DNA from: Marsupella aquatica
Lineage: Eukaryota > Plantae > Marchantiophyta
Length of the DNA stretch: 64,000 nucleotides
Assembly (NCBI GenBank): GCA_973895155.1
Contig: OZ316898.1
Span: forward strand, 10,568,286-10,632,285
Direction: 5' to 3'
This document shows, one piece after another, positions 21,291 through 33,233 of this stretch (position 1 is the stretch's first letter; every line of letters starts with the position of its first letter). The translations under genes were made by a program, and so were the position numbers. The notes under the pieces were generated by a model that made no database searches, was not told the origin of the DNA, and saw nothing but the letters and a program-made list of their open reading frames with translations.

Positions 21291-24200
21291 CGTCAATTTC
21301 TTGCTGCCAGAACACTATGGGCAGTAATTGCCCCTCAAAACTCTAGCTACAGCCCCGTTACAGGATATGCCATAGTGCCCTATAAGCAGGACCTGATTAT
21401 TTTCAATAATGTTATACTTGACTTGTATAGTCTCACAATGAGTCTTAGAACTATCTAGTATGAGGTCTCAATAATTGATTTTGGCAAATAAATCATTAAA
21501 ACTCAAGAAATACTCTTTGTACCTCTAGCAAGCCCCTCTAGCAAGCCCCCTTCAGACTGGGTCTTGGTAATTTCACATCAAAATAGGATATATATATACA
21601 GGGTATGACATAATTCCATAACATGAAAATCTTGTTATTTTATTTAAATTAATGAGTACACACAATATATTATCACATTTAGATGTGTGATTATCGGCGG
21701 GCGTTCAGATCTATATATTATCAGATCTAGATAATTGATTCTGGTGAATAAATTACTAAAATATTTTGAAAATCTCTTTGTATCCTTAGAAAGCCCGTTC
21801 ACCTCAATATGAGTCATACGTAATGATTTTAAATGCAACTTCCACCAATTTTACGAAGCAGGGGAAAAAAGCAATGTACAATGAATGGAAAGAAAAAGAG
21901 TTCCAAAGAGTACAACATCAAACAAGGAAAAAAAGAAAGCAAATACAACCCTTGAAAAAAGAAAAAAGAAAAAGAGATTAAATGAAAACCAAAATTTGGT
22001 TTGTTTTGATTTCTACAATAGATACAAGTTTCTAATTTGGTCCATTTCCACTTTAACTCACAACACGTGACCCGGGTCCACCACCACTATCCTGTCTTGG
22101 AAGAAAGCAAATCAGCTGGCAGATCTGCACGGCTACAGATAATAGTATGCACATAAAGCAAGAAAATGTCAACAATAGTCTGGAAAAAGCCTGGGTTGAA
22201 AATGACCAGGTGCAATTAAAAATATCATCACCTTTGATTGGTGATGAGTAATGATAGGGAAAGTATGAAAGCCCCCTCTCTCCTTCGCTGCATGTCTTAC
22301 AGAAAGATTTCTTCAGTTGTTGGCTTATCTTTCTTATTAAATTGGCCCTCCATTAGAGCAGCTTTTAGAATTTTGAAGGATTAAAGGTCGAACATGGATG
22401 ATGAGCGGTCCTTGTTGCTCACACGACTCCTTCCAGAGTGTTGTCTGTAAAGTTCAATTGTTATCTGGAAAAGGATATGTCACATTGCCAAATAAAAAAC
22501 AAAAAGCGCCAAACCAGGATGGGAGTAAAGACGTTGATGATGTTTATCCAGATAAGCAATCTTTTTAGAAAGGAAAACACGCTTTATGGAATGGGCAAGG
22601 CATGCAGGTGTCCACCAATGCTGTTTACTAGCAGAAATGAACTACTCACAATTTGATTATATGTTGTTGACATACTGAAGTACTACATAGGTCTACATAG
22701 TGAATTTGGTCGTGGGGTTTGACCAAACTAGCCCCAACACCTGTTGGTATGCACAAGAAGGGTTCCCTCTGTATCCAGACCCTCATCCCTGTCTTATTCA
22801 CCAGCATAGTCTAGATATCAAAACATTATTTCACCAGAGAAACTACAGCCTATGCTGCACAGTACTGAGTAGGTCATGGATTAAAACCCTAAACTTCACT
22901 TTCATGGCACGTGGACCAACTAGACTATGCTTGTGATAACTAGACAAGTATAGGCTACATAATTACACAGGTGTTTTTCAGCTCTTCTTGGATAATACTT
23001 GCCTTCTCTTAATGGTACTCGAATTTTGTTTGATTGAGCATTGAAGTTTGTCCCAAGGATATGAGGATATTTCAAGGGCATTTCTGAATCTGATTTGTTC
23101 TATTGGGCTGGAGGACATTGATCCACCAGAATGGCCAGGAACACTCAACAATGCTAGTAGGGCAAGGATTCAGGTTTGACAATGTGGCAAAGGTTGAGGG
23201 GTTGGATGGCACATTCTGGTAGCACCCAAGATGAACACATAATTTACTAAAACAAGGCCCCATGAAGGTAAAGGTTTGGGTTACACCCCAACCAAGCAGT
23301 CATTGACTGAACTATGTGAAGTCAGGGATGAGATGGCAAAACTGGGTCCTATGTCCGAGGGCAGGATTAGGATCCAGTTGGTTTAGGATCTAGGACCCTA
23401 CTAAACCCTAAACACCTGCAGACTGCCTTACGGGCATAGGCCCTATCTTGCAGCATATCAAAACAGGTCTGTATTAAGACATCTCAACTTCCTAGGTTCT
23501 GGCTCCTGTCACGCTCACACATGTTTTCCCACAAATAAAGTGGTAGACTTGTAGGCGTTTGTGCTACCACTTGCGACCAATGTCCATAACTCACACTTTT
23601 GGGCTTCAAATCTTTCTATGGCACTTCAAATTTGAGAACCGGTATTTGAAATCCCCTGTTACATGTGATGACACTAGGGCATCTCAAATATGTCAATTTT
23701 TCAGCTTTGACCGTGCCCCTGGACTGTTGCGGGTCAAGAAGACTGTTATGACTTGTTGAGCACCAAATGTGGGGCCTGACTAGTCATGCCCGGAATGGTA
23801 AGAGGTTCCAAAATTTCAGGAAACCTAATCCCATACAGTGTGTCACAACCCCACTCATATTTTGGTACCCAAGAAAATTATTGTCAGGTCCTACCCTCCC
23901 TGCTGTGTGCCCCGCAGGCCACCTGGGAGGTTCCATTATTAATATATAATTATATATATGAGACCCTCTACTAGGGGATCTCAAATATGAGACTGTGGAT
24001 GTGTATGGCCTGCCCGGGGCAAGGTCCAAATGGACGTCCACAAACGTGTGCGGGATTCTGAAAGTGAGGTTGTCACACCTCAGGACCAGGAGCCGATTGT
24101 TTTTGTGACCATTTTGGTGTAAACCCGATGACATTCACCTCTCAAGAGGCCGGACATTGCAGAAGTCACTGACTCGTGGATTTCAAACAATTTCCTTCGG

Positions 24201-25939
24201 GGCAGGCTGGTTCAAATACTCAAGTTGTTTACTTGCTGAGTGCATAAGTGGTGACCGGGCACACATTGGGGAGCCAGGGTTATTCCCATTTTCTAAATCC
24301 GCAATCTCATAAATAATTGAGACCCCCTACTAAAACCATTCATGATTTCAGTCTCCTCCACAAAGCCCAATCTGAAGGCCCCAAAAGCTTTTTAGTCTGT
24401 GGGGCAAGGGTTTTATGGCAGTGAGCGGGGACCCCAGGGCCGGGCCGCCAGGTTGGTACAACAACACGACTACTCTCACTACTCACCGTGCCGACAAAAC
24501 AGGGCCCCGTTCCCCACACCCCACTGTCCCCTGTCGTCAGTTGTTTACGATTCAAAGATTGTCGTCTTCCACTTCTTGTCGGTCGAAAACCTTCCCACCC
24601 AGATTATTTCCACACACTGGGATGTCCGGAAACCAATGTAAAACACCATCTTGGGTATCTGCCCCTACTCTCGCGGTAGCGAATCTGTGTGCGGTCCCAC
24701 AACCAAAATGCGGGCAGGCACCAGGAGAATGGGTCCCAACAAATAAGAGCAAGCCAGCAAAGCGCGGTCATGCGCAAGGATGAGTAAAAGAGATCCTACA
24801 TACTAGTTTGGGGCAATCCGGCCTCTCATTTTGCTGCTACATGACAGCAGGCAGGGCGGGCAGCATGGCAAATAACACTTTTACGGATGGAAAGAGCATC
24901 TCCTTCTGCGCTTTATTCAACACTAGCAATATGTGAGGTGGGCAAGTGGCTAACAGGCATCCAACAAGATCCCCAAAACTATCATCACATCATTCTATGG
25001 AAAGTACATACATTCTTTGGAGGGGCATACATGTATGTATGCCCATGATGTTATAGAGGCAACTTTTGGCATACTTGTCCCATAGAAAGAGGATGTGTGG
25101 GGTCCACCTAAGCAATCCGGGCAGGCTCCAACGATTTGATGACTCACCCCTAAAAAGGGCTTTGGAGTTTGGAGTGGGCAGAACCTGCTTCCCTGCCCGA
25201 CTTCCTGTAAACACATGTGTAAAACCCAAAGATGAAAGCTTAGTGCCATACTCTTTTATATTCGTTTGAAATTTGTAGTCACACCCTTATTAGTGTGTGT
25301 GAGACTATTTAAGTAGGGAGACTAAATAAGTTATGATACTAATTACAATAAACAATGTATCTATTCCATTGTGCAACTCTTCATGGCTCCAAGTAGTACA
25401 ATAAACAAGCTTAAATAACCAAAGGGTCATCGAACTAATTCTGATCATGACTCAGTGTTGCCTAATATGAATGCAACTAGAACCAGTGCTATCGACTACT
25501 AACAAATCCAATGAAAGGGAAAAAGTATATATAAGAGATGAACAAATATAAAACATCATCTCAGTTGATATGAAGGTGTAAGGTACTAGAGTTCTCCAAT
25601 TGAAGTAATGACTACATCTGCAATTTTAATTTTGTCCAAAGCCCCAAAATCACCCATACCCAGCTCTTGCATGACAAAACCAGCCGATCAAATCTTTAGG
25701 GGGAGATTCTCTGTTATAAATTTTGAATTGCATACATAAAATCCTGCAGTTTGGATGTAGTCATAAGGTTTGGGAAGACCCTAGGCTGCACTTCATTCAC
25801 CAATTTAAGGGCCCACTAATTGACAAGTATGATCAGCAAATTGCAAGCAAAACACAAGGATTCATGGGTTTAGGGTTTTTAAGTACTCTAAACAGTGTCA
25901 AAAATCAATGTAAACATTGTCTTCAGGTCACACTTGGCT

Positions 25940-27065
25940 TTTTTTTCAGCAAGAGTATTTTTTGCTCACCCATGTTGTGCAGGTGGGGGTGGTGAATGGT
26001 CAAGACCAGTGGTTTTTGAATACATTGTGGAGATTGCCTTCAGATATCAGTTAGCATTTTTTTGGCGAGAGTAGTTTTGCTGACCCATGCCGTCCAGGCT
26101 AGGGCGGGGGCTAGGGTAAATGGTCAACACTGGTGGTTTTTGAAGACATTGTAGACATTATTGTCATATGAGACTTCTTTTTTTTAATTTAAATTTAATT
26201 CGTTTATTCCGCGTGAACCCCACGGATGGGGGGACCCCGCAGGCCAAAAGGCAAAAGAGCCACAAAGGGCGTAAAAACAAAGAGAGGTCAGCAGGAACAA
26301 GGAAGAATCTCGACCCCACCAAATGCCACAAGTCCAAGGCAAACGGGAGCGTAGCAAAAACAAGTGCCTCACCCGAGACATACCAGGAGAGCACACAGCA
26401 CCCAATATATACGTACCGGTCAGCAGCACCAGTGAGAGAGAAGTCCAGCATGGATCACTCCCAACTAAACCAATACCTCATCACTACGTGACTCAACACC
26501 TACAATTCTAATCCTCATAATCCTATGACGTTCATGTACCAGGAGTTCTTTAGCACCAGAAAGACGAAGTAGCCTCCGTGAAGCGCCAATAGCGGCAGCA
26601 ACCGCAGTGAGATGGTCAAGCATCTCAGAGATAACCAGAACTTGGTTAAAGCTTCTCTTCCGTGTCAAATCAAATGTCTGAATATTTCTTGCCAGCCATG
26701 TTGTGCAGGTGGGGGTGAATGGTGAATGGCCAAGACCAGTGGTTTTTGAATACATTGTGGAGATTAACTTCAGATATCAGTTAGCATTTTTTTTGGCGAG
26801 AGTAGTTTTGCTGACCCATGCCGTCCAGGCTAGGGCAGGGGCTAGGGTAAATGGTCAACACTGGTGGTTTTTGAAGACATTGTAGAGATTATTGTCATAT
26901 GAGACTTGTTATTTTCAGCAAGAGCAGATTTTGCTCACCCATGCCATTCGGGCAGGCTGGGGCTGAATGGCCGACATTGGTAGGATTGGACGATATTGTG
27001 GACATTGTTTTCAGATCACACTTAAACATTTTTTCAACAAGTCGAGTAGTTTTTGCAAAAAGGGG
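25940..27065. repeat. ~105-120-bp degenerate tandem array containing a ~210-bp direct duplication (25970-26176 and 26696-26907)
   Basis: The unit ttttcagcaagag...tttgctcacccatg...gaatgg...acattgt recurs. The two 210-bp blocks differ by about 5 substitutions and small indels. Confidence 0.85.
26177..26695 (-). mobile_element. 5'-truncated L1-like non-LTR retrotransposon (ORF2 C-terminus, 3' UTR, A-tail)
   Basis: WLARNIQTF matches the W..RN...F L1 C-terminal motif, with the stop at 26465. A T-rich UTR follows, then AATAAA and an A-rich tail ending at ~26177. Confidence 0.65.
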
Positions 27066-28539
27066 CTCCAAAAGATCTACTGGGAGGAAATTGCCAAAAC
27101 AAGGAATGATGTTCACCCAGAAGTTAATGCAAGAGAAGACATTCATGTGATTGTCTTCACTAATCTTGTAGTTTGGGCGGAGGAGAAATGAGGCACTTGT
27201 CCCAAGAATGACGGCAATGACCAGGCCCATTCAAGCCCCATTTAGTTTGACCTTTGCACATTCACATCAAAATTGGGCAAAGCTCATAGTCGGGACTTAT
27301 TTCCCTATTGACCAAGTGTGGTCCTAGTATGCCTGCATCTTGCTTTAGGAGAGCATCTACAAGAACATCATGTACGGCTCCTTAAGAGGGGGTTGATCAG
27401 GGAAAAACATTATCGAGGGGGTTGGTCAAGCAAAGTTTTTGTGTTTGGGGGTCCACTTGGAAGCATATCCCTCCATATTAGTGATCGATGTGCCTTTCAA
27501 ACAAAATTAATCATCAATCCATTGTATATTATATTCAGGTCAGTATTAACCCGTATGTGGGTTCTTGTTGCCCTGTGGCAAGTAGATCACTACTCCCTAG
27601 CCTTAACCCGCCGCCACCCCCCTCCCCATTGCTGGGCACACTTGCAGGTCCGGGGGGCAAATATATTGCATTGTTTGCTTCACACTCCCCTTACAAAATC
27701 CCAACACTTTGACCCGAGCTTTGACCCTCATTTTTACTTCGGAAAATGCAGCGGGGAAGGGCACGGGTTAAGGCTTGCCAGTGTCAACTTGCCACATGGC
27801 AATAGGAACCAGATACAAGTTACTACTAGCCCAAATAAGAAATGGGGGCAGGTTGGTAATTAAATTATTAAAAAAATAAATTTGGGGGGGGGCAAGTTAG
27901 TAATACCAGGTAGTTTGGGGGACAGGTTAGTACAAATCTGAATTATGAATTCTAAAGTCTATGACATCTTTGGACATCTGCTTGAACTAGGATGACATAG
28001 ATTGGGTGTGCAAAAGCTTACGTGAATAGAGTTGTATGTAATGTGGCCCAAGCTGGGTGCCCGACTGTTATTTAGGAGCGGCACCAGGGTGACTTGAGGG
28101 TGGTCTCTCAGTTGAACTACTTAGGATTCAAAGAGGGGCTCAAACTGCCAGAGTTTCATGAATCAATCTTTGTCCATGGGAGAAATGACGGGTACTCATT
28201 TTTCAGGTTCAAGAGGAGTGATCATCCTTCATTTCACCTCTATCTTTAAGGTATATCTCCTACAAAGATGGGTTTGGCGTCCCATTGAAGAGCTTAAGAC
28301 TCCTTTATTACTGGAGATAACTCTGTGGGTTAGGTGAAAGTCGTCGAAAGAATGTAACATTAGTTTCCATTCTTAAATGAAGATTCAGGAAAGGGACACC
28401 CCCCCTAGACACAAATGCTGGTGCTGACTCCTATGGTCACACCCAAACCCTATTGTAAAAAATAGCAAAGTACTTTGAAAACTGCAAATAGTGTTATGAG
28501 AAAATAGTTTAATTGTTGGTTTGCAACTTTTGGGCTTTT

Positions 28540-28950
28540 GTGAGTCTATATATCCAAGCAAATTGTCAAAACCTTTGTGTCTATATAGGCAGGTCTTGAG
28601 CTTTTACTGCAACCGCAACTATTTCTCTTTGTATATACCACAATGTCATTCCAAATGATCTTAATCGCAACCCCCGAGTGAGTTGTATCGCAGGGCTCCG
28701 CAGGCCTGAAGACTGCACCATTCCTGAAAATTCCAAATGTGCTAAATAACAGATCCACAAAACTGATCTGACTGGAATCTGGAAATCTTGAACTTAGGCG
28801 AGTAACACATGCACGCTTACTCATCCAAACAAAAAGGACGTTTGAGCACCCTTTGGAACACAATCCCTAGGGGTTGTGTTCAACAGTCTCATCTCCAATC
28901 AGATGAAGCTGGGGCGGGTGCTAGGAAAAAAATGCATTCACACTCAAGTA
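28540..28950 (-). mobile_element. Possible L1-like zf-RVT remnant
   Basis: The minus strand gives DETVEH...C and later IIWNDIVVYTKRN, with an in-frame stop. Confidence 0.25.
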
Positions 28951-29540
28951 AAGAGCTCTTGGAGGAAATTTCATTATCTAGGCCATCTCCAACCAAAACA
29001 TCACATTACAAATCGTCATACACTCATAAATAAGCTTCATAATGTTTTATCTGGGACAAGGACTAAAAATCAATAAAAAAAAAAAAAATCTCTGACAAGG
29101 ACTGATTAAAAACTGTGGAGTTATCAAATTCCACTTTGTGTTTGTCCATTTTTTGTCCAAGCTTTGTGGCTGATTGTCTATTACCCTATGATGACTAACA
29201 AGAAATTTTTCTCCAAGATCTCAATCATTTTCCTCATTTGTATAATTCTTCTTTGTGACCTCCTGAGATTACTAGGATTTTCAGTTTTCTACTGAGTAGG
29301 GCTGTAGTTCCTTGCCGTTGTGTGGGACCCTCGGGATTTTGGCTCTTTGGTCTTCCTGGGTTTCTGCTGTTTCTCCCTTTTTGGGCATTCTGTCTTTGGG
29401 ATCTTGTCTCCAGTTTAGCACTTTTGGTTCCTTGGCAGTGACTGTATATATGTACATTGGAGTACATTTTGTCAGTTAATTATAACTTGCAAAGTTGAAA
29501 CTCAATAGTCCAACCACTTCATAGACAACCTAGTCTTTCT

Positions 29541-30800
29541 ATTTCTCAGGGTGGTTTTGGGCTTACTTCCATTGCGAGCCTAGCACCTTTGGCCCTAGTT
29601 TTGGGAGCATAGGCGGCCGCCTTCTCATTGTTGGCAGATTGTTTCCTTATTGCGGATCGCACATTTTTACTTTCATCTCTCATAGAGGCCGAGGAGGGTT
29701 CCCTCCCATTTCCGGTTTATTGCCCAAGACGCGTTCATTATTACTGGATCCCGTATGAGCTGCGTTACCTTAATTTTAGGAGTTTTTATCGTTGGACCCC
29801 GTTCACCTTCAGGCTGACCTTGTTGGGCGTATGCACGCTTTCACCCTCTCTAGCATCCTTGCTGGGGCACCTAACACGGACCAGGCTTGGATTGTTTCTT
29901 CCAAAGGGAAGAGCACAGGAGGGTGGTTGCTGGCCAATCCTGGCAATCTTCATCTACGGATGTCTTAAGAGGAGTTCTCGACAGCCCTATGTCTTTGTAT
30001 GGGGTTGCCCACCCACTTTGTCGGATTACCTACTTCCTACACATGTGGGAAGCCTTGTGATGCCACTGGTGTCTATATTCTTTGGTGTAGGTTGGGTGGC
30101 AAAACCATTGTTGTTCATGACTTTGTGAGGGATGTGACTGACCAGGTTCTCTCTGGATGTTTGGTCCATGTGAGGCGAGAGGTGGTGCGTGAGTTTTGGA
30201 CCTCCATCACAGCGGTTATGGGTTGACCTTACCATGGTCCAGGATGGTCAGCGTACTTTGGCAGATGTATTGGTGGCAAACCCATTGCACCAAGACATCA
30301 TCTAGATAGTGGCAACAACAACAACAACAGCAGCAGTGGCATCACAAGTGACCACGACAAAAGAGGCCAAATATGTTGCACAAGCTTTATGTGATAGCTT
30401 CCTTCTCCTTGCTCTAGAAATCTTTGGGCGTATTCATCATCAGTCTGCTTGTAATATTCATGGTTGAATGGGTCCCATCGGACCCCTGCTCTCTATTTTG
30501 TCTCTGCACTTTCGTCAACGCATTTCAGTGACACTACAACGTGCTCAAGCTTGGGGCATCTATTGTCTATCTCTCACAATGGGTGCCAATGTGCCTCTGC
30601 AGTGGCTTGCCTCCCTCAAGTACATTCCTGTCCCACTTGCCGACACTTGATGTGGACCGTTAGCTTTTGCCACATTTGCGAGGTTTGCCGAGGACCTCGG
30701 TCCATTTGCATTAGTTTGTTTCCTCTTACTCGGTTGTTAAGAGTTCCCTTTGCTCACTTCTTTTGTGTTTGGGTTTTGTCCGCTTTGGAAAAGTTTGTAT
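29541..30800 (+). mobile_element. CRE-clade (RLE-type) non-LTR retrotransposon relic, copy A, 5'-truncated
   Basis: Broken frames give ISQGGFGLTSIASLAPLA, GLPTSYTCGKPCDATGVYILWC (zinc knuckle), HDFVRD, VRREV, TLADVLVANP, KEAKY, FLLLALEIFGR and ISVTLQRAQA. It is colinear with 43360-44640. Confidence 0.82.
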
Positions 30801-32039
30801 TTTCCCTCCTTTATGCATAAGGTGTTTAGATGCTTCTAAAAATTCTGCCCTTTTCAATAAGAGATGTGATTCTTCACGTTTGGTACAAAGTCTCACAACA
30901 AGTCCACCTTACTTTATCAAGTAGTAGGGTGGAGTCATCTGAACCTAATTTTGGGTAATATATTGTATCCAGTGGGGAGATCTTTTGGAGTTTCACACCA
31001 GACAGGTAGTCAAAGCTTTAACTTGCACTGATTGTTCAAAGACGGTTTCCCCTTTTTAAACAAAGTGTAGACTGAGGCCTCTAATTCCTATGGTGTAGAT
31101 GTGATGAAGTATTAGTTTTGCGTGCTTCAAATTTGCTACCATGCATGTGAGTGACGATGTCCATCACTCTGCTCCATATTCATTGGCCACTTATGTCCAT
31201 TCTCCATTTTTTTTATTTGGCACTTTGCTTTCCTTGGATTCCCACAAACCAGTTTTTCTGGGAAAGAATATACCAACAATTAGTGATTTGTAATACAACA
31301 AGAAAAAGATCATAGAAATGAGTATTATCATTGAAACGTTGGAATCTAGAGAAGAAAGATTTGATGTGTGGCGGCATATGAGGTGGCATAGGAAGTAGCT
31401 CACAAAGGCTTAGCAGTTTGTGGGTTTCTTCTTTGCCAGAATATGTTAATGTTTTGGAGATATCACTAACTGTCACAACTTGTTTGATCCCTCCAAGTCG
31501 AATAATCACCAAGCACTCCAACTCTATTCCCAAAGCAATGCACTGAGTCTGTCTTATTACACGTATCAAGTACACACTCCACATCTGCCAATAAATAAAG
31601 GGGACTTGCACTTAACAGGCACTGTTCATTTGCCTAGGTGAACATTACACCTACCATACAGGCTTTCCCACTCACTTCCCATCATATATAGGACCCTCGT
31701 AGAACCCTACAAAGGGTTATTGGTGATTTGTTATAAAATATGAAATATGTAAATGCAGTTTTGTGGAATGTGGATCTCGGATGCCGTGAGATCCACATTT
31801 TGATCATAGATTGTTCCTTTGATGAACTAATGAGATGACCCCACTAAAAACTTCCCGATCACGTGATGTGCTCTTTTGTATACATGATTGTTACATCTGG
31901 TATGTGAAACAAGTAGTACATATTCCCTGGACTCATTATACTGGATCTTGTGCTGTACCATTGGGTATGAACATAAAAATCCCTATATTTCAATGTCAAA
32001 AGTGTTAATCTATGCAATTTGTGTATGTTGTTTTACTCT

Positions 32040-32330
32040 TTTTTCTAGAGTTACAACTATAATCATAAATGGAATACCCTTATTTGCAGACATGGTTAGG
32101 GTAGCCATTTTGTTTCTATATACCCAAACAAAGTTTGTTTGTAGAGGAGTAACTCAGGCTCATTGTTACAAAGCCACTTGAGAGATAGGAAGAGTTTGTG
32201 TTGCAGAGACTTGGTAAATGACTGGCCCTTTGGCTGGCCTAGAGTGCAGTAAAACTTTTGTGTGTTCCCCACAAACATAGCCTCATTGGAAGTGAACCAT
32301 AAATCTCTATTTGTCGACTACTTGTTAGTT
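32040..32330. repeat. Dispersed repeat; inverted copy at ~49910-50185
   Basis: agtaactcaggctcatt, cttgagagatagg, cctagagtgca and cctcattggaagtga all appear as reverse complements, in order, at 49.9-50.1 kb. Confidence 0.7.
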
Positions 32331-32461
32331 GGGTGGTCAGGTATGCTGTCGCGAATCACATCTTTGCTCATCATAATTATACTAGAAACAGAAACTAACA
32401 TTTTTGGATTGATCTATCCAGCCCCCTAGGTCAAAAAGGGTGGTCAATATGGGGCCATCAA

Positions 32462-33130
32462 CTACTGTGTTTTATCTCTTGACAATCCTTGTGGGCATAT
32501 AATTTGAGAATTGAATTGAACTCTCAGTGAATACAGAGCATCAATTGTTGCACGCCAGAATTTTGTAGATGATATTGGTGACCAACTCATGCTTGGACCC
32601 CTAATGCTTTCCATACTTGTGCATCCCAATTGTGCGTTGTTTATTGATGCATAGACGGCCAACCCAAAGTCCTAAATGATGGCTTGATCAAGTCTAACAT
32701 TTGAGATTAGGGTCCAGTGCCAATTGCACTCTTTGTTCCTTGGAGATCATATGGAATAATGGGCAAGGGGACTATCTATTATCTCTTGGAAACAATCCTA
32801 TCCCTAAAATTCTCATGTACTGTAGTATGGAAATGCAAATTTTGACTATGCACTTGGGTAGTTTCACATGCATAGAAAGATGCTCTTGAGAAATGGAAGT
32901 GATTGTTCTAATAGTGCACCTCTGTACTTCTTTGTTGGCTTGCAATAAAATTAATGTGCTCGTTCACATAATCCGAATGAAACAGAAGTCAGAATTGACC
33001 ACAACTTTTGACAAACAACTCAGGGATGGACCATTCCCAACATAACTTTGAATTCAAATAGTATCTCTCTTTTGTAGAAGTGGTAGGTATGTCATCACAT
33101 TCTTTTGTCTCAAAGGATGCTAGGTCCATA
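32462..33130 (-). pseudogene. Highly degraded receptor-like (RLK/Pelle) protein kinase relic
   Basis: Colinear kinase-like motifs with stops and frameshifts: FEFKVMLGMVHP (III-IV), HE...PIIPYDLQ (VIb), SNVRLDQAII*DFGLA (VIb-VII), SIRG (VIII) and DALYSLRV...QII (IX). Confidence 0.45.
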
Positions 33131-33140
33131 TGGACCATTA

Positions 33141-33233
33141 TTTTTGAAATTGATGCTTGGATGGATCACAATTTTGAACACCAGAAGCTCCACTGTTCAA
33201 CATTGTGATCTATCCAAGCATCAATTTCAAAAA
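33141..33233. ncRNA. Candidate miRNA/hp-siRNA precursor hairpin (40-bp stem, 13-nt loop)
   Basis: 33141-33180 is the reverse complement of 33194-33233 with only 2 differences. It matches no conserved miRNA that I recognise. The inverted repeat is certain; RNA function is unproven. Confidence 0.4.

Noticed and set aside
27318-27863. 181-aa ORF
   Set aside because: It has a non-ATG start, no domain signature and lies within repeat debris.
29877-29888. 12-nt match to miR166 (cggaccaggctt)
   Set aside because: The rest of the mature sequence does not match, there is no hairpin and it lies inside the CRE relic.
31191-31611. Overlapping minus-strand ORFs
   Set aside because: No recognisable protein family; likely TE decay.
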